This document shows, piece by piece, positions 37,891 through 50,935 of a stretch of 64,000 nucleotides of DNA. The notes beneath the pieces were generated by a model that was given only the letters and a program-made list of their open reading frames with translations, searched no databases and was not told the origin of the DNA. Made by a program: the position numbers and the translations under genes. Source of the stretch: Hyphochytrium catenoides (lineage: Eukaryota > Protista > Hyphochytriomycota); NCBI GenBank assembly GCA_900088475.1, contig FLMG01003947.1:151151-215150 (forward strand), read 5' to 3'. Position 1 is the first letter of the stretch, and every line of letters starts with the position of its first letter.

Positions 37891-38514
37891 TGCTCCCGGA
37901 AGGCACAGTAATAGAATGCTGAGTGTACCTGAGTCTATTTAGGTAGCTGGCGGTATTGAAGATTATGCAAAGCCCAAAGGCTGGTAACCGCCCGCATAGT
38001 AATACCCCCCAAAACCCCAAATAACGTTAAGGAAACGAAGGCGCCCGAAGGTTGAACCAATGGCCACTTAGAGCTTCCAACATCAATAATCAAGAGCTGC
38101 TGATCTCTTATGATGGGGCTAGGGCGCCAAGCAACGCCAAATGTGTAGGCAAAAGGCCCCTCCCTTTCTTAACTACAACCAGCTCCACCCTTCCCAGGGA
38201 TGGCAGAAAGAATAATGAGATCCTCCTCAGCCTGAGCGGAACCTGCGTCTTCTCCTCAGTCATGCAGTTAAGATTGCGCGATACGCGGAAGCTTCCGCCA
38301 GAAGGGAAAGGCCCAGCCACCCTCGCCAACCAGTGCCCTTCTGAGCTCCACGTCTAGACAAGACAAAAAGGGGGATATGAGCGTTTTGCTCATTACGTCT
38401 GCAGCTGTAGCTGGACCTTCTGTACTAGTTCGGCTACGTACGCGGTCTTCGAATTTAGTGATTGCAATCAATCGAGGATTCTGTCGGTCTTCATTCTGGA
38501 CGTATTAACAACAT

Positions 38515-38854
38515 CAGGATCTTTGACGCTCCAATTCGAAGCCATACTCCGCACAGGCCACCGCCAGCTGATTCCGATGCTTGGGCATCTCTTTCAGAAG
38601 GGCTAGCTTTTGCTCAACGGAATCCTGAGACGTGAGCTATTCAAAAGTCACATAGTCTGAAGGCCATGGCGGGCAACGATAGGACATAAAATGGCATAAG
38701 AAGCCTTAGAGCTCTGACTCACATATGGAGAGCTGCGATAGAGACTCTGACGAATGGAAGCTGGAACCTCCGGCTTTATGGTAGCGATGACCTTCTCCTT
38801 GGCTTGTCGCTCTTGCTTCTTCAAGACGCGATTTGCCCTATCGCGAGTGCGTAA
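38515..38854 (-). CDS. Two terminal exons of an unidentified spliced gene; upstream part appears disrupted
   Basis: ttttacag|LRTRDRANRVLKKQERQAKEKVIATIKPEVPASIRQSLYRSSPY|gtgagt ... tctcag|DSVEQKLALLKEMPKHRNQLAVACAEYGFELERQRS*. Confidence 0.4.
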
Positions 38855-40299
38855 CTGTAAAAGCCCCGTTCTTCATGTAGATGTGGCGTAAGAAGAGTTC
38901 TTTATGAGCGTAGAAGAACACTCTAACTCTTCCTGAAGCCGGCGCCTTGGTGAGTGGGGTCCTCGGTACCTCGTGAGCTTGTACCGAGACCTCGCCTCGG
39001 TCTTAGAGACTGTCGGAGCTAGTCCCCCCTCTCACACACCTTACATTTGTCATCGGTGACGACATGTCCGCAGTTACTCGACGCTCCTCCCGGTCTCCTT
39101 TCTAACTCTCATACAGTCTGCATATCGCCGGGAGAGAAACAATGGCGTAGCACCGGTCTTTCCTCTGTCCTACTAGCAAGTGCACCTTCTTCGGCTTTCG
39201 TCGTTGACTGATATGGAGGTCGTCTCGCACGGATTGATCTACCTCCTGTTTCCCTTGTCTCTTTCACAATCCCAGAGTTTGCAGTGGAGAATATGCTGTT
39301 CATACTGCAGCTGGAGGTGCTTAGAAGGAAGGGGAATAGCTAACGACCCCAATAAAGCCGTCGACCGTGTCCAGAGAACGTGTGACACTTATGTTGAGGA
39401 AAGGGATGACCTCCAGATTAACGTCAGCGCTGGCGCACGGCAGAAGACTTTACGGATGTGCAGTCCGCCATTGCAGAGACACAAGGCGGCATAATTCCCA
39501 AAACCATCTTCGACAAGGTAAACTCAACCGCTTCCTGGCTTTAGAATAAACTGCTTAGTTGGTTGCACAAATCTGTCTTCTTAGGATTTTGCCTTCTGCC
39601 TCCAAGCACTGGTTGCGAAGTGGTACACAAGTATGTTCAACTAAGAATGTTATTAATTCTTGCTCTTCCCTCCCCTGTAGATGGAGCAAGAAGAGGTCTT
39701 CAAGATGCTAGTCGACAATTTGGACGATTCCAGAATAAGTCAAGTGCACGCCGCGCAGGAGGAGCAGCAGCTAAGGGCAACGCCATGCTATCACTGGGAG
39801 GTGGCAAGTTGTCTATAGTGTCCCCGCCCATATCTGGGGTCACTAGTGGGTCTTAACTGTCAATCTTGAATATGGCCACCTATGGCTGGCTGGGGCTGTT
39901 CACTCGTCCTATAATGGTGGAGATCCTAACTGATAGCGAAGACGTCGTTCGTCCCTGCGAATGGGAACTGGCCTATTGCTAGAGTACGTTATTAAAGAGG
40001 GTGATGCAGCATAGGGATAGGGTTTTATTCATTACTCCGAAATGAATGACGGTCTTATTGCGCTCCGCCGGTCCCGTCAAAATACTTTAAGTTGCTATCA
40101 TAATGGGAACGAAGATGCGTCACAAGAGCAAGAGTTGCAGAAGCCAAGATAACCTGCACTCTGTGTCTGAGGTCCACACTATGTGCTGCACACTGACCGC
40201 AGTAGATTATAGAACCGGGGTTGCTTTTAGTCTACGGTTAAGAACCGTATCTCCATGCTCTAGTCCTGCGTACACCTAAGTACACCAAGCTACAAGACG

Positions 40300-43200
40300 T
40301 TAACGTCGGAGATCTTTCAGATGCATAAATCCTAGATAGATGTTGCCCACTTGGTCGTGCCCTTCTGGACCATACAGGGGATATTCGTTAACATCATCTC
40401 GCCGATGTTCAAGATACGTCGCTACCGCCTCTCCTGTGGCAACTGCCTCGTCACCCCTCAGCCTTCCTAGCTTCAAACCGAGGTCAACCTCCAACGATCC
40501 TATCTCGTGACTCTCCGGAAGCGGACTTGTTGGACGCTCGAGGTATTCTCGGCCTCTAAAATCATCTTCATTCTGCCACCATGGCTCATCCTCTTCTATT
40601 ATCCTCTGGCCCAGGCTTGGGAGTTCACGATGTGCTCGTTCATGAGTAATGGACTCCAGGGTATTCTCTTTTACGACCTGTGCAGAAAAGCCCCTCGTCT
40701 TTGTCTTTCCTAGGGGTGTAGCATGCACTCGGCTCACTGCCGCGGCAGCAGTGCGTTCTTCGAGATCTTCAGTCATCGTGGTGATGCCACTATCACTATG
40801 CTGGGCGACAATATCTTGTGTCGATTGGTAATATGTCCCGAGGAGCCTCTGAATTTATAGCAAAACAATTACGACGGTTGCAGAGGCGAATGCGTATGAG
40901 AGTCACGCACCTTCGAATGCAACCGCTTCTCGTCATATAGCTCAATGGCTATATCGGCTTCCGTAGACCGGATCTCAAAGGTGAAAAGTTCATTCCAAAC
41001 GAAGTCGTGGACACTTCGCACCTTCCTGGTGTGATAGTGTTCCACCACCTTAGCTGGGCCACCTTGAACAGGTTCTACGAGATAGATTCGTGCCCGCAAT
41101 GAGCATTTCTCCTCCGTAAGGAGTGTCGCCTTGGCGATAAAAACCTCAAGCTTTGTCACTACATCTGACTCGATCAAGGGCTTCAAAACCTTGTTGTCCC
41201 CTGAGAAGGAGCGAGGTGGGCGCCGTGGTGGCTTCCAAGAAAGGCTTGTCAATTTGGGGAAATTAGCAATAGAAGAATGGGGCCACTTGGTTTACCTCGT
41301 GGCGCTTATCATTCAAAAGCTGTAAAGAGTTTCCAATGGACTTGGCCAGTGTCCCGGTAGCTCCTAAAACTCCCACAACGGGACCAGCAGTTCCTGCTAG
41401 TACGCCTTTAGCGCTACCCTTGATGGCACCTGTAACGCCCTCCTGCTTCATGCCTTGTACAGGATACTGGACAGCTTTCTTGGCTCCATGTGCAATGGAT
41501 CTCGTGAGCAGCTGAATGACAGAAGAGTTATATCCCAGGCCATTAATCATAACCCCTCCGAGAAGGAGTGGCGTACCTTTCCTCCCTGAACAATGCCCTG
41601 TCCTATATGCTCAGGGGGTTCTTCTCTCTCTTTATTGTCAAAGAACGTGACAGCTTGTAACATGCCGGCTAATCCAGACGCTGCTTTGCCAACAGCCTTT
41701 GACGGCGCTCCAACAGCGGTATTTAGAAGTATTTTGGCGCCTTGACCTGGCGTTGTGCTAGACCCTCTGGCTTCGCGCCTCGATTTCCTGACGAATCTCT
41801 CGACCCCGGACTTCATCTAGAAGCACCACCGGAAGAAGTGACATGAACACTCTGTAGCCAGAACGTAGGTAGGTAACCAAGAGATCTCACGTACATCTCG
41901 ATACAGTCCGATAGGATCTCCTAGGAGTCCAAGCGACAGAATGATCTTGTACCACTGGTCGAGAACGTCGTAGGCATACTTCCAGCCGATATTCATTGCC
42001 AGCTCAGATGGCGTAAAGAACCTACTACGGTACTCAATCTTATCAAAACCAAGGGTAGGTGACAAAGTTCTAATGCCTTGAACCATATTGGCAATGGTCT
42101 CTGGTAGATACTGCTTTAGTGCTGCAAGAAGAACACGTTAGCACAACTCAACTGATAGTGGACTTGAAGCAGACATCTACCGTCTTCATTCACTTCCGCA
42201 TCAGAAAGAAACACCAAATCCAGCTGGAAGGCCTCTATGACCATCTTGTCCAGATAAATGACGGTCTTAGGGTTAGACGACACCTTTCCCACGCAAGGCT
42301 TGGCCTTGACAAGTTTCAAACATGCCTGTTGGCCTTCTAAGGTATAGGTCAACATCGACTTTCCGTACAAGAGAGCGGATACCAATCAATCTTACCTCTC
42401 GTTTGCTTACCCCTTGCGTTAGAGTCGGGAGTAATCTTCTTCATAATACTGAGCAGCTTTAGCCAATAATCCAGGTCGACCTTAAAGAGGATATCGCCAA
42501 GGGCTACTTGTGCTACCTCAACAGTGACCAAGGAGTCTATATCATCAAGAAGAGTCAGCAGCCATACTCCCTTCGGCGAGCTCTCGTCATAGAGAAGCGA
42601 CACCTACTCCGCACTGGCTCTCTATCAAGCTTAACGGTGAGAAATGGCACTTCTCCTGTCTCTGGTCTCCATTGTGCATTTGCATCACTGCGGAATCCAC
42701 TATCTTTAGGCGCAAAGATCAATGGCAGCTCACTGTCCGCGGTCATGTCATCTGGCGATAGAGGCGTGGAGGCAAGCTCAACAAGCGACCCAAGAAAAGA
42801 ATAAAGCTTGAGTTTACCTATTTCCACATGGTGGACGCTGATCAAATTTTCCCCTGTCTCTGGTGGAGATTGCAGCCGCAGACCCTCGATGTAAATGGTC
42901 AGATATTCGTGTGGAGTAGGATCAATAAGTGTCAACGTAATCCCCGGTAGGTTGATATCAACGTCGCCTTGTTGAAGCAGCCTACAGAGATCATTGAGGT
43001 TATTAGCGGATGGGACCCTAGAGCCAATGCAATTGAGTGGTAAAATCAACAAACCCTTTGCCTCTGCCTTCTAACTCTAAATGCGTCATGGGCAGACAAC
43101 GGAAGGCAATCACTCGTGTATTCTTATCCACAAAGACCTCAGGGTAGATTTTTGCCGCTTTCCCTGGGAACGAACATACAGGATTATTACAGCGCTAGAG

Positions 43201-46200
43201 ATAGGAATGGCTGTCACTCTCTCACCCTTTAGTTGAAGCGCTGACAAGCACTGTATCCTAGACGGGTTGACTCTCATGGGCTCTGTCCCGGGAAACGTAA
43301 ACTCGATCTGCAAGTCATTGTCACTCTTAGCGCCAACCGCTTCCCACGCGAATGAGGCGTATTGGTACTGCCCTAGTTGAACCTCAGACGCTTCTGGCAA
43401 GTCAGCTTGGCGGTATGTTAAGGGGTATCCAGTGCTGCAGCGGCAGGAAGTCAGCAAAGACCACATCTTACTTCAGTATTTCTGCCCGTACCGGTTTTGG
43501 ATCTGGAAGGGTGGTGTACCAGTAGTATCACGGACTATGATATGGATGGTTGCGCCTTCAGGAACAACCCGCAGGGAAAGGAGAGGTCCGCGGCCCATGA
43601 GGCCGTCACACCATATGTACCTTTCCTTTTCCTTCTCAATAGAAATCTGTTCAGACCACTTGGTCTCTTCTTGGCCTATCAAGTAAGCAAGAATTGAAAT
43701 TAGAAGTAGCAGCGATGGTACACAGACCATCGCATCTTACCTGAGACCCTCCGAAGCGAGAGAGCCTTCTCTCGGCCTGCCTCACCCTCAAAGTCATAGA
43801 GAATAGCATTTTTTTGCCTAGGTATGTCATAGAGTCGGCCTTTCGATTGTCCATGCCCCTCCCTATCCAGACCCGAAGTCGCGAGAATTTGGAGGTCCAG
43901 CTCTGTCTTGTTCTCAAAAATGAATCTCGGCTGCAATATTACGATCCTGGTCTTTGAGTATTGGGCCGGGGCTGCCTTCGTAGTGTAGCCAATGACCAAA
44001 CATCCTGGACAATCAATGGCACCAGAAGCCCCCACCCTGAGAATGATAGACAGGACCGCGAAAGTTAAATTACCTCCCAACAACCAACAGATCGAATTTT
44101 TTACGTACTTTGAGATATCAACACTGCTGGACCACGATGGATTGGTCTTCAGACTCATATCAGCTGACGCAAGCGGTTCATAGCATGAGAGCCAGATCTC
44201 TCGCGACCTGTGGCGCCATCTGTGATTTTCCGGTAGCAGTGAGAGGCTAGCTTGCTTCTGTGGAGCCATCATGAGTGGCACGAAATCCTGATCAAAGCTT
44301 CTGCCATTCTCGCTGTCACTACTATGAAAACCTCGTGTGCTATACTTCAGGAAAAGATTCGTCTTGTTCAAGATCCAGAATGGAGCTACGATCGTTAGTC
44401 GTGGAGGAGAGAAACTATTCCATGCGGGCTCGATGAACAGGTGTACGCCAGAGCCAAGCTTCAGTTTCGTTCTACTAAGGTCGAAGCTTCCCCGCTTGTT
44501 GGCTAGTGGTACCCATACGGTCCGGGACCACTCTGTAGCGACTATATCGTGCGTCGCCTCGGCAGCAACGTCGTGCTCTTTCAATAGACGTATGCGGAGA
44601 AAGGCATCTCTCTGCATATCTAAACCCGATACCTCTGCTTGAAATCCAGAAGAAATTACCCCAGCTCTCCCCTCCCCGTTCTCAGTCCGAAATAGCTCTT
44701 CAAGCATGTGCTTCTTACGGCCGTGAGACTTTCCTTTGTCTTTTTGAGGAGACGGCGCCAACATCTTCAAGTCCTCATTAGAGTCCCATAGAATTGGATA
44801 TTCCTCTGCCTCAAGTCCTTCGTTGGTAGCAGCCAAGTACAGTGTGGGCTCTGATGATCCGGGAGGGGGTTCATCGTTAAGTTGCACCACCCTATACTCG
44901 AGAGCTACTGGTAGATCATTTTCCAACACCAGCTGCGGTAGTAACGAAAGCTCGTAGTAATATACATCTCCGGAGCCAAGGCACTGACGGCGAGTCATAG
45001 TCAAAGCGTGGCCTCCCAATTTATGTCGGAGAGCAAACGTGATAGCACCATCCGGCGTGGCGTTCTTCTTGACTTTTCCCAGGAATGCATCAGCTTCTTC
45101 CTCCGTCCTCGTTTCAAGCTTCACAGGTAGACTCCAATGCTGCTCTCCTAGCCGCCTCACCGAGACGTAACCATGATCTACGAGGAAAAGTGGCACTACT
45201 GCTTCATCATTGTTACCCAGAAGCTTAGGACCTCCTTCCAATGGTACTTGTCCTTCGTTATACCAAAGTAATTCCAACTTGGAAGTGCTCTTGCTCCTCA
45301 CTATTAAGGAGGAAAGAACCTGTATCTTCAGGCTCTCATCTGGTGCTGCATGGGCTCTGACGGTAACGATCCTGACCAGGCCGTTTTCACCACAGTTTTG
45401 TACTTTGAATGCCTGTACACGAAGTTTGGTTATGTCAATGCCCCGCACAGGCTCGTGTCCATCAAACACGAGATCCATGGACGGCCTGTTATCCGAGCCA
45501 AAGACCATCATGAGATCCTCCAAAGTAAGCTCAGTCGCTTCTACAAGTTGAGCAGCGGATAGACACTCAAAGAGTTCCACTTCGAGATCCGCTCTGGACT
45601 TTTTAGTTCCTCTTTCTCGATCCTGCCTCCTCGCGAGTTTAAGCAAGAGCTGCCGCACTTGATAAGCCTGCAAAAAACCTCTCCCTTCATGATCTGCCTT
45701 GCGGTACGCACGTGACAGAACATGTCCATCAAATGTCCGCCTGTCGGTTGATTCTATGACAAATTGCTTTCCTTCTAGATGGGACAACTGGACCTCCAGA
45801 GCGGAAGAGGTTGCACGTCCTTCTCTTTCGCATAGCTTGGCGCCTCTAACCGTTAGCTTCATTGCGGTTCCACACCTGTTCTCGATTGTGAGCAGGTCGT
45901 CTTTTGTCACGTTGCCAACCATCTCCTTCAATTCCGCTTTCCTTGAAAGGAAGACCTTCTTCAACATCCTCAAATTGTCCAGGAAGGCCTCAGAACAGTT
46001 GAGGGCTAAGTACTGTTTAGATCGCACTAGCAGCTGCAAACAAGTGCCAGGCTCCTTCCAGACTCCCACACGGACTGCATAGAAAAAAGGTCAGCTTTGA
46101 AGTTGCCGATGATGGTGTGCGTGCATTTCACGATTACCTTCATATGGCTCCAGAAAGGGCTCCATTGCCGTTACTGCGGAATTATAGTAGCCACCTGATA

Positions 46201-49200
46201 ACCTAAACGCACAGCTTGACACTAGAGAATCGTCTGGTGCGAAGGGCTTGCGTTCCTTGGCATTAGACTGCTTCCCCTCCCACTGCGTTAGCACCGCAGC
46301 TAGGTCTAAAACATTCAGTTCTACCCGAAGACGGGGCTGCCCACCTCGCCAAACGGCATGATCAAAAGACAAAATAAGGTCTCCAAGATTCGTGGACAGA
46401 CTTGTGCGGACTTTCATTGGCTGGACAAGTCTACGTTCTCTTGTTGTGGTCTTCGGCGGCCTCGGGGCCGGCTCCTGGCCAAGACCTTCGACTAACGATT
46501 TCGGTCCCGGTATACCGTCGACCTTGGAGTCCCTTGCAATTTGCCACGGAACTTTCTCCCTCTTGAGCGTTAGCCGAGGATATATAAGAGAATTCCAAGT
46601 TGTCTGGGCGAAGTCATAAGAGCGGAAGAGGCGAAGGAGCTTTTGTTGTACTATAAAGGGGTCCTGGCCATTCAAAGTCGTCGGCGAAGTACCACACTCT
46701 GTTAGGTACATCTCCCAAAAGCTTCCAAGCATTGAGGGAGCCTCGTCAGGTGAGTCCCCGGGCTCCTCTTCTGGCTGCGTTGTGATACCGTCGTGATAGC
46801 TAGGACTCACCGGCTGCCTTGTAGAGCCATCATACTTAGCTGTCAACTCTTTCGCGATAGCTGAGAAGGAGTCAGTTGGGCCTGGGTTCCAATCTCTCTC
46901 AGAAATGAGGGATTGATAGGTGAACATCGAGGGATCCCGAGGGACGCCAAATCCTCGTAGTGAAGCCGATGGAGGTAGCAAAGATGCAGCCTCCGTAAGT
47001 CTCATCGCCAGATCGCTATTATACACTTCGTCTTGATATTCGTCAGCCCTAAGGGTCAATGACCCGTAGTGGTGGAAGTACTTTGGATCGCGATTGGGAT
47101 CCAGACTCCGAAGAACCTCATCGCAGGTTAGGTTTGTATCTTTCATATCAACAATAGACGCCAATTTATCAACCATCACTGCAACCTCTGAGCGAGTCAT
47201 GGACCGATGTGAGAGGAACATGAGGAGGTCCGTTAGCTCTGCAAGACTTAGAAGGCCATCCTGATCCTTATCGGCAGCAAGGACGAGTTCCTGCAATCGC
47301 TCCAAGGGGTACGGGAGATCAACTTCCTTCCCGTTCGCCGCTGTCGGACGACTCGGTATAGCCTTCATGGCTGACTTTAGCTCCTTCACAGTCGCCATTG
47401 TGGTACCCGCCTCTTCCTTTCCAAACCTAACGGAGCAACTCTTGGCTCTAACAACAATCGTACGCTCTGCATGGCGCCCGGAAGCAGCTTGGCCATCCGT
47501 ACGGCAAACGAGTTCGACATCCGGTCCAGGTCCGGCCATTTCCAGAAGACCTTTGCCGGCGGCCCTTTGCACTTGAATAGCTTCATCGCTCAGAATAAGT
47601 CCGCAAGACGCTATCTTGATTCTGTCGCACTGCAACTTGATTTCTTCATGTTCCAAAGAGCTCTCAATGTCAAGGTAGAGATCAGCTGACCAAGCCAATG
47701 CGGGGCCCGAATAGTCACTGCGTTAATAGGAACAGAGGGAGTCAGTATAAGAACAGGAACCTCCGAAAGATTGGTGACTGACATACCTATACTCGGCTAG
47801 AGCAACTGCCTCTCCAGCCTCAACACAAAAATCAACCTTTATGGCCCTGATGCTTTGACGTTTCTTCAGAAAACTAGACATGATCACGGGGTTGTAGGTT
47901 GGGGCATTGCGCAAGTAGACGAGATGATCCTCTTTTTTTAGGAGATAAGCTGGTGGCTTTCGAAAATGAACACACTTAGTGGGCTTAGCCATATGATCCC
48001 AATACAGTTGCATCACCGTGGTCCAAGGTTCAAGGTTGCCGACCAAGATAAAGTCTTTCAGCTCAATAGACGCCTCAAGTGTATTGTCCCTCAATTTTCG
48101 ACCTTCCGTAGTGAACATATACTCGCACCTGGGGCTTCGATCTAGCAACAAACCCGAGCGGCTACACAGAGATATGTGAGTCGTAAAGTTCCTTTCCAAC
48201 TCTAGGGACTTGGAACTCACCTATCTCTTACTGAGATCCTTTTGAGCCTGATCTGGCCAGTGGCGCGATGCGTCTCTCGCTCGTTCACTTGGGAGCCAAA
48301 TGTTATGGCCGCTTTAACTTCCATGATAGACAACGTGATTAACGGTTCTGCAGGCTGGTCCATGACTCTTAGAGAGAGTCTTTTTAGCTCAAAACCGCCA
48401 TCAAAGCACTGGAACAATACCATGCCATGATCGCTGTCATCTTTCGAAGGGAAATAACTCCTGTTTTGGAGCGTAATGAGCTTTCAGGGAGTCATCGAGC
48501 AAACATGAAAGACAGAGCTCACCCCATTTCGCGATGGATAAGTGAATGCAGATCCGCTATAAGCGCCAACTTCTCGTCGACACCTGGAATCTTCTTCCCA
48601 CCAGATGGAATCTGATAGTCACTGATTGTAGTTCTCATCCAAAGTATATCGTCCACATCCATGCGGGCTTCGAGAACTCTAAGTTGCTTCTTCTGCTCTT
48701 TATTTGTCTGGTCTCCTGTATAACAGAAGCTAGGTAGCGGGGTTCAGCATAGTACCAAGCCTTCAAGGCGCACCCGCCCTTACCACTTGGCATAGTTATG
48801 AATATCGCTCTCCGTCAACACTGTGAGAGACAGTTCATCCACCGCTCGAGCACTGGCTTGCCAGCACTGGTAGATTTGATAATGGTCCCAGAGCGCCCAT
48901 AGGGAACGAACAATCAACGGGGTAATAGTTACAGATATCCCCTCAATGACCAATCGTGCCACTACTACTTTCTCCGAAGACGCTGCAAGATGTTGGGGCT
49001 CAATCAGACCCCCATACAGAGGCGGTGTCTTGATAGATGCTTTAGCTGAGACTGGTTCAAGAAGATAGGCACCTGCGGGATGAATGCTTGATGATTCTGA
49101 GGCGCTGATGTGAATGTTCTGTAGGTCGCAATGAGGGGTCAGAAAGAAAAGTGCTGAGAGCTCGAACGGTATTGTCACTCACATCGCTTTGCATCTGGAA

Positions 49201-50307
49201 TCGCGGATTCCTATGATGATTAGCAGTACGTTTAGGGTCGACGTATATCGCGAAGTTAATGACTTTCAGATCACGCATTACTGCCTGAGATGTTGCACAA
49301 ACCCTAGCTTAGTCAGGCTCGTCCAATAGAGAGCACACGGGGGTTACCTGGTTTGGCGCAGCAAGTGGCGGAGACGGGGCCAACATAAAATGCTCCAGAC
49401 CGACCACCACAGATGCCATCTGTGCTCCAAAGATCCTGAGATTTACGCAGGATACTTCAACAATGAAGTTGTGCATCAGTGTATTGAGGCGTTTCTTCCA
49501 CCATGGTAATGAATCGGTCTGCATGCTTTCCGCATTCTCTTTCTGGGGGCTGTGCGGATCAGTGCGCTCCTCCATATTTTGCTAGAACTTTTAGTCAGTC
49601 CGCGGTCTTTAACGAAAAGAGGGCAGTAAGTTGGGCTACCGGCAAACGCCAAGACTTACCAACTTCTCCATCTTTCGAGCTATTACTTGCCAGAGTTGAT
49701 GGGCTCTGGCAATCCTCTTCGACTGCACCTTATGCACATCATTGCGAAACCTATCACAGTTCTACCAATGATAGAATGTTGTAAGCAAGCAGTACTCAAG
49801 TGGCAAATGTGGACTCTCACCTCGGGCAGGTCTGGGTTCCAGTAGTGTGGGTCCTGTGAGACGAGGCCAATTTCAAGCCCAAGGAGCTTAAGGACGGTAC
49901 TTCCTCCCCACAAGACAGAGTATGGTATGTGGATAGACAGATGGTCAATGCGCATTGAGACTACTGAATAAGGCATGGGCATCAGTCGCGTCAGCCTGCC
50001 AAGGAGGATGTCTTCGAGGTACAGGTTTCTGATCACTACAGAAACAGCCTTCCAGCTCGATCGGACCTTAACGAACCCTTTAACATACCCTTCTGGACCA
50101 AAGCTGAAACACAAGATAAATAAGTTTCGTATTGAAAAGCGTGTGACCAGAGTATTAGAACTTTACTTACCTGACTAGCGCAGAGAGCATCAGTGCAAAT
50201 AAGATTAGAAGACCATGCATCACAAGCAGCAGAGCGATGGTAATCGCATCGAGGAAAGAATAAAGACCGCCACGCGCCAGCCGAAGCACACAAGTATTAA
50301 GAGTCAT
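40300..50307 (-). CDS. VPS13-like bridge-like lipid transfer protein (many exons) with N-terminal TM helix, chorein-N, EF-hands, VAB/SHR-BD repeats, ATG2_C-like helices and a C2 domain
   Basis: Chorein-like VVIRNLYLED...IDHLSIHIPYSVLWGGSTVLKLLGLEI; YYNSAVTAMEPFLEPY; LVLENDLPVALEY; APFWILNKTNLFLKY; TRIVILQPRFIFENKT; PPFQIQNR; YKIILSLGLLGDPIGL; PVQGMKQEGVTGAIKGSAKG...GPVVGVL; RRPPR; C2-like FVWNELFTFEI...IELYDE. Confidence 0.88.
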
Positions 50308-50935
50308 CGCTCACGGTTTTCTCTCTCTTCTACGAACTCCTGTGTAATTACAGCTCTTTTCTTAGCGTCAAGTCCTTCGAGGTATTCACAGTACAGTGGA
50401 AACAACTCCGAAGATCTCAGACTGAAGACCAGATCCCAACTTCCGCCCAGAAACTTTCTATCGGCCAGTCCTCCTTCAGCAAACAAGATCCCCCCGGCGG
50501 AATTGGAGGAGGAAGTGAAAGACACAGAAACCTGGAACAGAGAAAACCATATCTTGACGCGGAACGGACCCTCGCGGGGGTCTCATCCGTCTTCCATTGC
50601 TCTTTAACTGACCACATGCGAAACGGTGCAAGCAGAGAAGGATCCACCTTGCACCGCGTATTGCGTGTGTTTGTAGAAAAATCCTGTTGTACTCGCACTT
50701 GCGCTAAATAGGGGACTTGCTGTACTTGTACGACCGTTACAGCTGCAAGTTATCAAGGGGAAGGGGCCAAGGGGAGATGGTAGATATTATGACCCCTGCC
50801 TTACCCTAACCCTGACCCTGTTTCAGCCCTACGAGGCTATAGTTCTACTTCTAACGTCGGCTTCATTTCTCAAAATGAAGGTGACAAATCAACAAGGACT
50901 TTAAGAAAGACAAGGCGCTGCATGATACTACTGCA

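Noticed and set aside
50304-50525. RGS-like N-terminal exon of the VPS13 gene
   Set aside because: It is in a different frame from the VPS13 start, ends in TGA, and the similarity is superficial.
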